From assembly GCF_009914755.1 (NCBI RefSeq), contig NC_060926.1: a stretch of 64,000 nucleotides of DNA; one strand, written 5' to 3'. The stretch is from the human T2T-CHM13v2.0 reference genome, Homo sapiens. The notes beneath the pieces were generated by a model that was not told the DNA's origin, did no database searches, and saw only the letters and a list, made by a program, of their open reading frames with translations. This document shows, piece after piece, positions 1 to 12,915 of the stretch (its first letter is position 1; each line of letters starts with the position of its first letter). The translations under genes and the position numbers were made by a program.

Positions 1-1630
1 CAAAAAAACACAGGCAACAAAATAAACAAATAAGAATACGTGAAAATAAAAAGCTTCTGCATGGCAAAGGAAATAATAGAGTGAAAAAACAACCCAGGAA
101 TTGGGAGAAAATATTTGCAAACCACACATCTAATAAGGGGCTAATATCCTAAATATTTAAGGAGCTCAAACAACTCAATAACAAGAAAATAAATAACCCA
201 TTGAAAAATGGGCAAGGGATCTGAACAGACATTTTCCAAGAGAAGACATATATATTTTGTAATATATATTTTGTAATATATTTTGTAATATATTACAAAA
301 TTCTCAACATCTCTAATTAGCAGGGAAATGCAAATCAAAACCGCAATGAGATATCACCTCACATCTGTTAGAATGGCTATTATCAAAGTGACAACAGATA
401 AGTGTTGAAGAGGAAATGGAAGAAGGGGAAACTTTGTTGTTGGTGGAAATGTAAACTAATACAATCATTATTTAAAACTCTATGGAAGTTCCTCAATAAA
501 CTAAAAATAGAGCCACCATATGATCCAGCCATTTCACCTCTGGATATAGTTCCAAAGGAATGGAAATCAGTATGTTGAAGAAATGCCTACACTTAAGTGT
601 TCATTGGTGCCTTGTTCACAATAGTCAAGATGTGGAACAGACCTAAGTGTACATCGAAGAATGAATGGATAAAGAAAATGTAGTGTACATATATCAATTA
701 AAAATGTAGTGTACATATATCCTTAAAAAAGAAGGAAATTCTGCTATTTGCATCAATGCAGATGAACCTGGAGAAGATTATATTATGTGAAATAAGCCTG
801 GCACAGGAAGACAAATATCACATAATGTCCCTTACATATGCAATCTAAAATGTCAAACTCATACAGGTAGAGAGAATGGTGGTTACCAAAGACCGGAGAA
901 GGATTGGGAAAGGGGAGATGTAGATCAAAGGGTATGTTAAAAGAAAAACTTCAGCCGAATTAAATTTAATGGGGTTTAATTGAGCAATGAACAGTTTGCA
1001 AGCTGGGCAGCCCCCAGAATCACAGCAGATTCAGAGAGACTCCAGGGGTGCCTCATGGTCAGAACAAATTTATAGACAAAAAAAAGAGACATGACCTACA
1101 GAAATCAGAAGTGAGGCACAGAAACAGCTGGATTGGTTACAGATTAGTGTTTGCCTTATTTGAACACAGTTTGAACACTCAGCAGTGTATGAGTGGTTGA
1201 AGTATGGCTGATGGGATTGGCCAAGACGCAGTATTGTTACAGGAACATACTCTTGAGTTAGGTTTTCAATCTTGTCTACCTATTAAGTTAGGTCATGGTT
1301 CAGCCACAAGGACTCAAATATAGACGTACCGAGTCCTTCTCAGGCCATATTTAGCTCACTTTAACGGGTACAAAGTTTCAGCTGGGCAGGAGGACTGCTT
1401 TTTAGTGATCTACTGCACAGAATGGTGAATAGAATTAATGCATTGCATCTTTTAAAATTGCTTAAAGATTAGATTTTAAACGTTTTCACCAAAAAAGTTG
1501 ATAAGCATGTGAGGTGATGGATATGTTAATTAGCTTGATTTAATCATTCTATAATGTAAGCATATATTGACACATCATATTGTACCCCCAAAATATTTAC
1601 AATTATTATTTGTAAATTTAAAAAATTAAA
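1..1630 (+). mobile_element. L1MA-type LINE-1 3' fragment (end of ORF2 and 3'UTR), interrupted by a MER57 LTR
   Basis: L1 3' motifs (gaaatgcaaatcaaaac..atgagatatcacctcaca; gtgaggtgatggatatgttaattagcttgatttaatcatt); sequence resumes across the LTR at 1367. Confidence 0.9.
935..1366 (-). mobile_element. MER57-family ERV1 solo LTR
   Basis: Termini tgttaaaagaaaaact...ctcactttaacg; 4-bp TSD ggta at 931-934 and 1367-1370; internal CCAAT boxes on minus strand. Confidence 0.85.
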
Positions 1631-1961
1631 TTGTTTTGATGGTATATTATTGATGGTGTCATACATTACTTTTGACTTTAAATATTGGTATATTAGAATA
1701 GCCTCACTGTTTAATTGAATGTTTTTATAATAAGCCAGTATAATAGATTTGATATTATGAGATGAATTTGAAGTTATACATGATTTTTCTGTTTTACAAA
1801 TTTGTGTTATATACAAGGTAGGCTTTTTACATTTTCCAGGGTTAAAAAAAGGGGGTAACTCATTGATGTAGATCACTCTATTATTTCTCCCAAGCTTGTT
1901 AGAGGTACAGCAAATGATTTTCAGATGGAGAATGAGATTCTCTCAGACTTTTACAAGCTAG

Positions 1962-2125
1962 TTGTTTTGATTGGTTGTTTGTTTGTTTGGTGGTTTTTTT
2001 GGTTTGTTTTTGTTTTTGTTTTTCTCTGAGATGGAGTCTTGCTCTGTCACCCGGGCTGGAGTACAGTGGCCCGATCTCAGCTCACTGCAACCTCCACCTC
2101 CCGGTTCAAGCAATTCTCCTGCCTC
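1962..2125 (-). mobile_element. Truncated Alu (3' part of right monomer with degenerate tail)
   Basis: gagatggagtcttgctctgtcacc...gcaattctcctgcctc preceded by a GT/T-rich tail. Confidence 0.9.
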
Positions 2126-2134
2126 TAAAACACA

Positions 2135-2893
2135 GTTTTATTGTGATAAATTTACATTTTATGTAATGACCAATTTAAAGTGTACAATTCACTAGTTTTA
2201 AGTATATTCACAATCACTAGTCTGTCTGAGTCCATAGATTTGCCTATTCTAGACATTTCCTCTGAGTAGAATCTTACAGTATGTGGCCTTTTGTGTCTGG
2301 TTTCTTTCAGTTAACATATATTTCCAGGTTCATCCATGTAGCATGTGTCAATACTCTGGTCTTTTTGTTTTCAAAGAATATTTCATGGTAAGGATATCAC
2401 ACATTTTGTTTACTCATTCATCAGCTGATGAACATTTTGAGTTGTTTCTTCTTTTTGCCTATTATGAATAATAACACTGTAAACATTTATGTATAAATTG
2501 TATTTGAACATAGGATTTCATTTCTTTTAAATATATACCTAGGAGTGGAATCACTGGGTTTAATAGTGACTCTATTGTTTAACATGTTAAGGAACCGCCA
2601 AACTGTTTTTTAAACTGGATACCACACTGCCAACAGCAATGGATGAGCATTCCATGTTCTCCACATTTTCATCAGCACTTGCTATTCTCTCTCTTTTTCA
2701 ATGTAACTGTTCTGTGGGATATGCAGTTGAATGCTATTATGGTTTTGGTTCGCAGTTTTCTAATTACTAGTAATGTCAAATAGCTTTTCATGTGCTTATT
2801 GGCCATTCATTTATCTTTGTTGTAGAAACATCCATTCAGATCCTTTGCCTAGTTTTTAATTGGGCTATTTATTTTTTTATTATCAAGTTGTGA
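2135..2893 (-). mobile_element. L1MB-type LINE-1 3' fragment
   Basis: Antisense L1M 3' motifs (tttaaagtgtacaattc; atatacctaggagtggaat; ttttcatgtgcttattggccatt). Confidence 0.8.
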
Positions 2894-3307
2894 GACACCA
2901 GCAGTGTTTGAGGATTCTACAAACTAGTTTAAACCTGTGGTCATCATTCTTGCATAACATACATAACTCCATTTTTAATTAGGAAAAAAAATTAACCAGG
3001 TTTCTGTAGCTAAGCAATGTTCATCTTATATGTGAATACCCAGTCAGATAATATAACTTACTGATACTACTATTTGAAGATTTAAAAATACATAATTTCA
3101 TCTCCTACCAAACCCATTTGCTAGCTGATATTTTAGTGCCTTTCCAAAGGCATGACAATTATTTTCCTATGAACTTTCATTTTGAAGAAGGAAGTTGAAA
3201 ACAAAGAGATGTTACTATGGCTCTCATTACCAAAGTCTACTTCCAAAAGAAAATGATAGAGGAATATGAATTTAGAAAATATCTCCTATGTCTCTGGTTG
3301 TACAGAG

Positions 3308-3339
3308 TGTATGTGCGTATATATATATATATATATATA
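3308..3339. repeat. (TA)n microsatellite with GT-rich lead
   Basis: Seen directly in the sequence. Confidence 0.9.
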
Positions 3340-3948
3340 CTTTTGTTGGATGGAATATGACCAGTGATCTGTGGAAATAACTGCTGGAAAACCAAAAAAT
3401 TGGGATACTATTTGCAAAGTTAATATTTTTACACCTGTTAATTTTACTCATTTAAGAAAGTATAAATAATTTTATCATGCGTTCATTTCCGGTGCCTGGA
3501 ACATGAAAAAACTAAAATATAATTTTAAGTTTTTCGCTTACTCAGGTAAAACCTCATTATCTAACCTCAAGACCACTGAAATGAAAATCCAGTTGTAATC
3601 ATAATAACACTCGCACAGTGGTGATAGGTTATATCCATACAGTTTCTGCTCCAGTGAAATTCCATTTTAAGAAAATACTCTATGCTATTCAGTCGCTGGA
3701 CATTCATTGTAATGAGATGTCATTTGTATAAGCAATATGAATTGCATTCTTCTGTCAAGTGGACATAAGTTCAAGTATGGGTGACTTTGAGAAAGATTCT
3801 ATACATGGTAGCTGACCAATTTGTTTTGGTGGCTATATAGCTTAAATATAACAATGGTTGATATTCTATGAAAAATAGACAACAAAAAAATCTAATTGTC
3901 ATTGTTTAAATTTAAACAGATAATGTCAAAACTCCAGAAAATATGTGA

Positions 3949-4598
<650 letters not shown>

Positions 4599-4657
4599 TA
4601 TGCTTTATCTTCATTTTGCCAGTACCTAGTACAATGTCTGACATATAAAAGTACTCA

Positions 4658-4930
<273 letters not shown>

Positions 4931-7039
4931 TCAGTTCCAATTCATTAATTAATTACTATAGTTGCTGCTGTTAGATTGGCTGCTACTGCTGCTGCTACAA
5001 ATACTATCTCTGCTATTGCTCACTATTATTTATTGAGGGCTCATTATGTGCTATACTCTTTTTACTTCTTCTCACTTCATCATCGTAAGTATGTGGTACT
5101 CTTGTATTGCTTTATCACTGAAAAAAATAGGGTCACACAAAAAAATAAAGCTGGGGAGAGGTTAAAATTATTTTATCAAGGTGAGTATTTTGGTCTGCTT
5201 TGTTTTTTTACATTTGTTTCCTTGTGTGTTTTGCATATATAATTTCCTCAGAAAATGTGACGGTAAAAGAAACTAGGATCCAACATATGTTTCCAAATAG
5301 GTCATAGTGAATGGGATCAGACATGTGAAAATTCATTCAATCTCTCATGGGCATCGGGCAAGGGAAAGGGACATGGGGTTGTACATGTGATATCTTTAGT
5401 TCAACCACCTAGGAGGAAAAAGTGTGCTTTTTTTCTTGTTTTATTTGCCTCTCTGCCACAAACCCATGTTTCAAAGCTTGTTCAAAATGAATACTCAATA
5501 AATATTATTGATAGGCAGCCTACCTGCCACACATCATCTTTGATAAGTGAATTATAATGACAATACTTTGGGTTACGATGTCTGCCCTTTGAGAGAAAGA
5601 GAATTTAAAGTAACCACGGCCTATCTCAGCTTGCTGGAGATATAAATCTCTTGGCACCTATTAGCATAATCTACTTATGGAAGAGACATAAATGTGGAGC
5701 GAAAGGGTTGCAAAATGATTTGTTGGGTACTATTGTTGAGCCCTAATTTAAATCACTTGGTTTTCTCCATTATTATTCCAAAGCCTCATCTGAATCCTTC
5801 TGACATTGAATGTACTTTATAGGAACAGTATATTCCTATAACTTGTAAAATCTTTAATGTAAGATTTATATTATCTTCAGTAAGATGGATGAGAATAATT
5901 ACTTTAAGTCTTGTTAAGTTCCTCAACCAATGCTGTTACAAATTTGTACAACAGAAAGAATTAAAATGTCACAAGATATATTTCTGAGCATAACAATCAC
6001 AGCATTTAAAAATATTCTTAAGCATAGTATTTTTAAACAAAATTCATGGATTATCTTTGCATATACTTATACACGAGGACAGTATGGTTTTCTTGAAAAC
6101 ATTAGTTACAACCAGCTTTCAGGTTCATTTTTAAGTATGGGCCATATTGCTGTATGTGAAAGCTGACGTTTCACCAGAGCCACAGGGACGTTAAAGTTTA
6201 AAACAGCAAATGTAAAATCATGCCACTGGTCATTTGATAAACTTGAAAAGAGAGGACACAAATTTCAGTATCTGTCAAAGTAAACACAATTCATTTTTTT
6301 ATTCATAGCAGGGAAAGTCATATGTCAAAGGAAAAAAAGCGTAATTTGCTGTGAGAAGAATGCCAAGGAAAAGGACAAAATAACATCGATTCGGTAGTTA
6401 GACTGAATATACAAGAAGTAAGGAAAAATGTGTATTAACACATATATATCAGAGATGTAAAATTTATATGAGGTACCAAAACATCATGTTATAGATTCCC
6501 TTCTCTACATAACCAGGCTGATGCTCTGTGCCAATGTAAATAGGCCCAATTATTACCGTTTCTAGTGCAGCAGAAAGCAAAGAGATTCACAGAAAATACT
6601 GCCTTAGGCTGTCACCATGGTGGTCTCAGCAGGGGCTGAGCTAAGCTTGAGTCTACAGGACTGACCCAAGGCTTGAAGAAACCAATGAGGGTAAGACTTC
6701 ACACAGAGGGTCGTGTCGCAAGGGATTTGCTAAAGATCAAATCCTGGTGACCAAGAAAAGCCCAATAGCTAGATAAGAAGTGAAGTCTTTGAAGCACACC
6801 TAGCAGAACAGAACTAGAAGAGGAGTTTTCCAAGGTAAAACTCTGCAAATATTCTTTGAAGCAAAGATACAGAGAAGATGAAAGATTTTATAAAAGCATT
6901 TTTGGCTCCTTCCATGGGGATAGAAGGAGTTCTTTATGGTTGAAGAAGTAAGTAGGAGACAGGACTAATAATACTAAGAACCCACCCATAGACCTTTCAC
7001 TAAGTTACTCGATTTCCATTGCCTTCAAGTAATATATTT

Positions 7040-7170
7040 GATTTCCTTATTTGTAAATGTGATAGCTAACTTGTCTTCCTTACAGAACACCTGTGAAGAT
7101 TAAATGTGACTATGAACATAAAAGCACTCTACAAAATTAAAATGTATTTACAAATGGGGAATTATTATTC
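7040..7170 (+). mobile_element. MIR fragment
   Basis: Core-like ttccttatttgtaaatg...tgtgaagattaaatg..ataaaagcact. Confidence 0.6.
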
Positions 7171-8072
7171 TGTTAATTTTCTTTTATTTTCCTTCCTTTC
7201 TTCTTTTCTTACATTCAACAAATATTTCATGAGCATCTAGCATGTACCAGACATTCAATGCCCTAAGTGAACAGTCAAATCTTCTTCCTCTAGGGAGCTC
7301 ACATTCAAACTGGAGAAACGTAAAACGAAATGCTGCAGTAGATGGGACTAGTGCTACAGAGGACAGTAAATAAGAAAAAAAGAACTGGAGCAATGATAAG
7401 AAGTGTGGGGGTATTGAAATTTTGACAGAGTATCCATGGAAGTCTTCCCCGAGAAAGTGACATTTTATGCAAGACTAGGAGACATGAAAGAATGAATCAT
7501 GCAGATTTCTAGGAGAAGACTATCCAAGCAGAGGGAAGAGCAATCGCAAAGGCCATGAGGTGGAAGAATGTTAACATATCTCAGAATCTCCAAGGGGAGC
7601 TATATGGTTGGAGCAGATAGAGGGAAGTAAGTAGGATATCAGTTTAGAAAGGCAATGGAGCAGCAGATCACATGGAACCTTTAGGGTCATGGTGAAGGTT
7701 TTGGCTTTTCCTCTCAGTGTGGGAGAAACAGGACATAGCTAGGCAACTCAGTTTGTTACATTGAGAATAGACAGAAGAGAACCGATGGTTAAAACTGGGC
7801 TCCTGTTAAGAAATATACTGAAAGAATTCAGTTGTGAAATGATTTAATGTGGAAAAGAGTGGTAGCAGTGGAACTGTTGAGAAATGTTAAGATTTTTGGA
7901 TATAAGAATAAGGTAGACTCAACAGGTTAGCTGGAGTCTTGGGTGAAGGTTGTTAACAAAGAGACTAAGTAGTCTGAGCAAACAGGGGGCTGGAGTTGAC
8001 ATTAACTGAGATGGGAAAACTGGAGAGAAGAAATTCTAGGGAGGAGGAAGTGGTAAGAGTTCAGTTTGGGAC

Positions 8073-8380
8073 TTTCTTTCTTTCTTTCTTTCTTTTTTCT
8101 GGACGGATTTTTGCTCTCGTTGCCCAGGCTGTAGTACAATGCATGATCTCGGCTCACTGCAACCTCTGCCTCCCGGGTTCAAGTGATTCTCCTGCCTCAG
8201 CCTCCTGAGTAGCTGGGATTACAGGCGTGTGCCACCATGCCTGGCTGATTTTGGTATTATTAGTAGGGACGGGGTTTCACCATGTTGGCCAGGATGGTCT
8301 CAAACTCCTGACCTCAGGTGATCCACCCACCTTGGCCTCCCAAAGAGCTGGATTACAAGCCTGATCCACCGTGCCTGGCC
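8073..8380 (-). mobile_element. Full-length AluS
   Basis: TSD agtttgggac at 8063-8072 and 8381-8390. Confidence 0.93.
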
Positions 8381-8641
8381 AGTTTGGGACATTTTAACTT
8401 AGTAGAGGCATATTAAACATCCAAGTGGAGATATCAAGGAGACTTTTGATATAAATCTGAAGATTAGGAGAGTAGATTTGGTTGAATTCATAAATGTAGG
8501 CATTGTTAGAGTAGAGGTGAGGTGGTCTGTAAATCTAGGTGATTGGTTAAGACCTTCAAGGGAGTAAGTATGGACAGAGTAGAGATCTACAAATTACCTG
8601 AGAGGCATACCTATGTTTCCACGTCAGAAAGATAAAGAGGA

Positions 8642-8945
8642 GGCCGGGCGCGGTGGCTCACACCTGTAATCCCAGCACTTTGGGAGGCCGAGGTGGGCGG
8701 ATCACGAGGTCAGGAGATCGAGACCACGGTGAAACCCTGTCTCTACTGAAAATACAAAAAATTAGCTGGGGACAATGGCGAGCACCTGTAGTCCCAGCTA
8801 CTCAGGAGGCTGAGGCAGGAGAATGGCATGAACCCGGGAGGCAGGGCTTGCAGTGAGCCGAGATCGCCCCACTGCACTCCAGCTTGGGCGCAGAGCGAGA
8901 CTCCTTCTCAAAAAAAAAAAAAAAAAAAAAGAAAAAAAAAGAAAA
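8642..8945 (+). mobile_element. AluY with 12-bp left-monomer deletion (AluYd-lineage-like)
   Basis: gagatcgagaccacggtgaaac lacks atcctggctaac; 16-bp TSD agaaagataaagagga at 8626-8641 and 8946-8961. Confidence 0.88.
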
Positions 8946-9158
8946 AGAAAGATAAAGAGGAACAAGCAAAGAAAACCAACATGGGACAATCAAATAATTA
9001 GGACAGTTAGGACAGTGTGGTAATTTGAAAACCAGATACAGAAGACATCCCGGGGACAGGGAGCAATGCACTGTCAAATGCTTATGATTCAGTTGTATGA
9101 TTCACTGCAACCTCCACCTCCTGGGTAGATGGTTGAATGAGGATGACCACTTACCACC

Positions 9159-9595
9159 TGCTATGGTTTGGTTTGTTCTTGCCCAAACTCACGTTAAAAT
9201 TTGATCCCAAATGTGGCAGTCTTGGGAGGTGGGGCCTAGAGGGAGGTGTTTCAGTCATGGGGGCAGATCCTTTATGAGGACAGAGTAATGCCCTCCTGCA
9301 GGGTTACTTTTTTGCACTCCAGTGAAGGGGTTAGTTCCTGAGAGTAGCTTGTTTCAAAGACTCTGGCTTCCTCAGTTTCTCCCTCTTGTTTCCTCTCTCA
9401 CCATGTAATCTCTGCACACACCTGCTCCCCTTCCTCTTTCTCCAATATGTTGAAGCATCTGGAGGCCCTCACCAGATGCAACAGGCTGATCTTGAACTTT
9501 CCATCCATTAGATTCATGAACCAAATAAACATCTTTTCTTCACAGACAGCCCAGTCTCAGGTATTCTGTTACAGCAACACACATGGACTAAGACA
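9159..9595 (+). mobile_element. MaLR solo LTR (MSTB-like)
   Basis: tgctatggtttgg...ggactaagaca termini; 5-bp TSD ccacc/gcacc. Confidence 0.88.
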
Positions 9596-9683
9596 GCACC
9601 ACACACAACAATGCAAAAGCCATTTATGATCTTGACCAGAGGAATTTCACCTCAAAGGTGGAGGCAAAATCATGATAAAGTTA

Positions 9684-10012
<329 letters not shown>

Positions 10013-10726
10013 AGAGACAAGAGAGAAAGTGGAGACAGCAGGGTCAGTAATATTTTCAATGAGTTTTGCTACCAAGAGAAGCAAAATTAATAATAATAAT
10101 AGGGGATATAAAGTTGAGCCAACATTCTTATTTTAATAAAAAAAATCTTCCATTAGGCAGCATTCAGAACAGAGGAAAACAATTGATAATTATTGGAACA
10201 GTGCTATGGAGCAAGTGAGAAGGCATGGATCTGGTGTCCAAGTGAGTTGTCCTGAGATATGTTTGGGAACTCTGCTCTGTGGAAGCAGGAAGGCCAGCAG
10301 AGTTTGTGGACACAGATGGATTTTTGGGTGAATGTGGTGCAGAGAGCCCGCAGAGGCTTTCTTCTGAGTGGTCTGGATTCTCAGTGAAATTTGAAGCTAA
10401 GAGGAAGACTGGCATAGAGGGTTGGGCTTAGGCAGAAGTGGTATATCAAGATAAGTGCATGGAATTGGGGAATGGGGGACAAGGCAGGGAAAGTATATGT
10501 GAGGAAATTACTATGAATGATCATGTAAGCAAGGTAAAAAGGAAAATGAGAAATGAATGGTGCAGGGTGAAAGTGAAGAATAGTGAAAGGCTGGAAGGTT
10601 TATAAATCCCAGGGAGGTATGTTTTCAAAGCTGCTTATTGGTCGTGAGACCCAAAAGTCTTGGTCATTCCGTCTGCTAAAAAGTCTTCAGTTTCTTTGTA
10701 TCCTTATCGCCTCTGCCTTATTTAAC

Positions 10727-10762
<36 letters not shown>

Positions 10763-10784
10763 CCCAGGGCATTTTCCTTGCCTC

Positions 10785-10950
10785 TTCTAGAGTGCTAACC
10801 AAAATATCACAGAACAGCATCATGAGCATCACTTGGGGGCTTATTAGAAATGCAAATTCTCAGGCCTCGACTTAGGCTTATCGAATAAAAATCTCTAGGA
10901 CTGGGGCTCAGGTGATTCTTCTGCATATCAAGTGTAAAAATCTCTGCTCT
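10785..10950. mobile_element. MER5A-like hAT-Charlie DNA transposon
   Basis: gcatcacttgggggcttattagaaatgcaaattctcaggcc core. Confidence 0.75.
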
Positions 10951-10999
10951 TACTGCATATAACATACAAAAATCTCTGTCCATACAGCCACCCAAGGGA

Positions 11000-11472
11000 T
11001 TTTCCACATAAGCAAACCTCATTATGTTCTACTTTTCCTCAAAAAAATTTGAGCCTGCTTTACCTAAAGCATAACATCTAAAAATGTGTGCTTAGCTCAT
11101 TCCCATATTTACACCTGTGCTCTCGTCTTGTTGATAATATCTTCATGTCTTAGCCTCTGCTGTTGTTGGCTCTGAAAGGTATTCCTTATCTTGCTATACA
11201 GGCAGAAAAAAATTTATTCAGTTTTCACATTTAAGCTGAGACCTGTTCTCATTCCTCTTGGTCAGCTCAGATGCTTTTACCCTATGCTTTCACCAAACTT
11301 TATATAGACTTCAATTTTAATAGGAATATCATTATATTATTAATTTTTACATGTATTGCCCTCCACTAAACAGAAAGCTCCTTGATGGTAAGTATATTTT
11401 TCTTTTATCTTTGATGTCCAGCATCTCAATCAGTTATTAGGCAGTCACTATATGTTCTTGGAAGATGAATAA
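11000..11472 (+). mobile_element. L2 3' fragment
   Basis: aagctccttgatgg...atatgttcttggaagatgaat resembles the L2 3' terminus. Confidence 0.55.
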
Positions 11473-12519
11473 GATATTCCAAAGTAAAGTGGTTTCTGCA
11501 TTTAGATGCTCTGCCATGTCTGAATGTGACTTACAATAATTTATTATATGTTATACACATCCAGAAATAATGAACAATCTGTTTATAAAGTCTATTTCCT
11601 TACACCAGGTCATTTATGAATATGTTAAATAACAAGATACTTATAATACTTTCATTTTTCATATGGTAAAGCCAAACGTTTACTAATTTTTCAGCAAGAC
11701 TTTGTGATTTGAGTGAATTATTTTTCTTGAACTATAAAGGATTTTTCCAACCATTCAGATTCTTTCCCCAGAGTACCCTTGCAGTACCTGACAATATTTG
11801 CCTATTACTTTGTCAAGGCAATGTGAGTGTTTCTGTGGTTTTGCAACAAGGTTTGCCAATTTGAACAATGATTGAAGTCATGATAATGACCTCATCAATT
11901 TCACATTCTAGACTGAGCCAACCAATTCCGTTCAGATTTGTTATGCATTTCATTTCATGGGGCCATACTAAGCAAACACTTTCCTGTTAATCTTTGACAG
12001 GTGGGCCAACTGACACATTTAAACAAATGAAGTCTTTTTATTTATTGTTGGTAGATTAATAGAATCATCTGATAGGTAAAACCCCAAAAATTTTGGTGTA
12101 GTTTCAACACTTCTGGCTGATGTCATATACTTGTCACACAATAATGCAGACTCATATTACTCTTGAATTATTACAGTAAATGTGTGACGTGGTATAAAAA
12201 ACAGAACTACATAATACTCTAAAGTATTAAAGGCATATGAAATTTTGGGGAAGACTACTTGTTTTGGAAGAGCATTACTAAGTTTACAAAGGAATTTACA
12301 TAGCTTCCTTTAGTATTTTGACAATATAAGGTCATTTTTTAAATTTTGTTTTTCTAAATTATACAGAGATTATATCAGGAAATATATATATGTGTGTTTG
12401 TGTATGGTGTGTATTCACACACACTCATACACACTAAATTAAAGGAATGAGTCAAGAATTCTTTTACAAAATTATAAACCCCTTGGATTGATACTTCCAA
12501 GGATAATCTGCTTGACTTC

Positions 12520-12915
12520 TTGAAATTCTTGACATCTGTATTCTGTCTTCCTTGGCACATGCTAGACTGCCCTTTCCAGCATTCCTGTAGCTATGTGTGA
12601 TGATGTGACTGAGTTCTGGTGAATGCAATGTGAATGGAAATGATATGTGGTTCTTCCAGGCAAGAACCAACCAACCAAACAAACAAACGAAAAAAACACT
12701 AGCCGACTTTTCCTGTCATTGGGCTGAATGAACAAGAGTCCAGGGATCTAAAGGATGCACCTGGCTCCAAACTGTTTCAATAGAGAAGAAAGCCCCCCAC
12801 CTCCAGTCCCCACTAACCCTCATTAAATTACGATCTAATCAAGATATTTGCATTGTTTTAAACCACTCGGATTTTAGGATTCATCTGTTATAGATGCTAT
12901 TATTATTTGCCTTAA
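12520..12915 (+). mobile_element. Old MaLR LTR (MLT1-like)
   Basis: atgtgactgagttctggtgaatgcaatgtgaatggaaatgat; end ttttaaaccactcggattttaggattcatctgttatag. Confidence 0.6.

Noticed and set aside
5170-5190. Strong splice-donor motif aag/gtgagt
   Set aside because: Isolated motif next to a MIR-like scrap, with no supportable acceptor or coding frame
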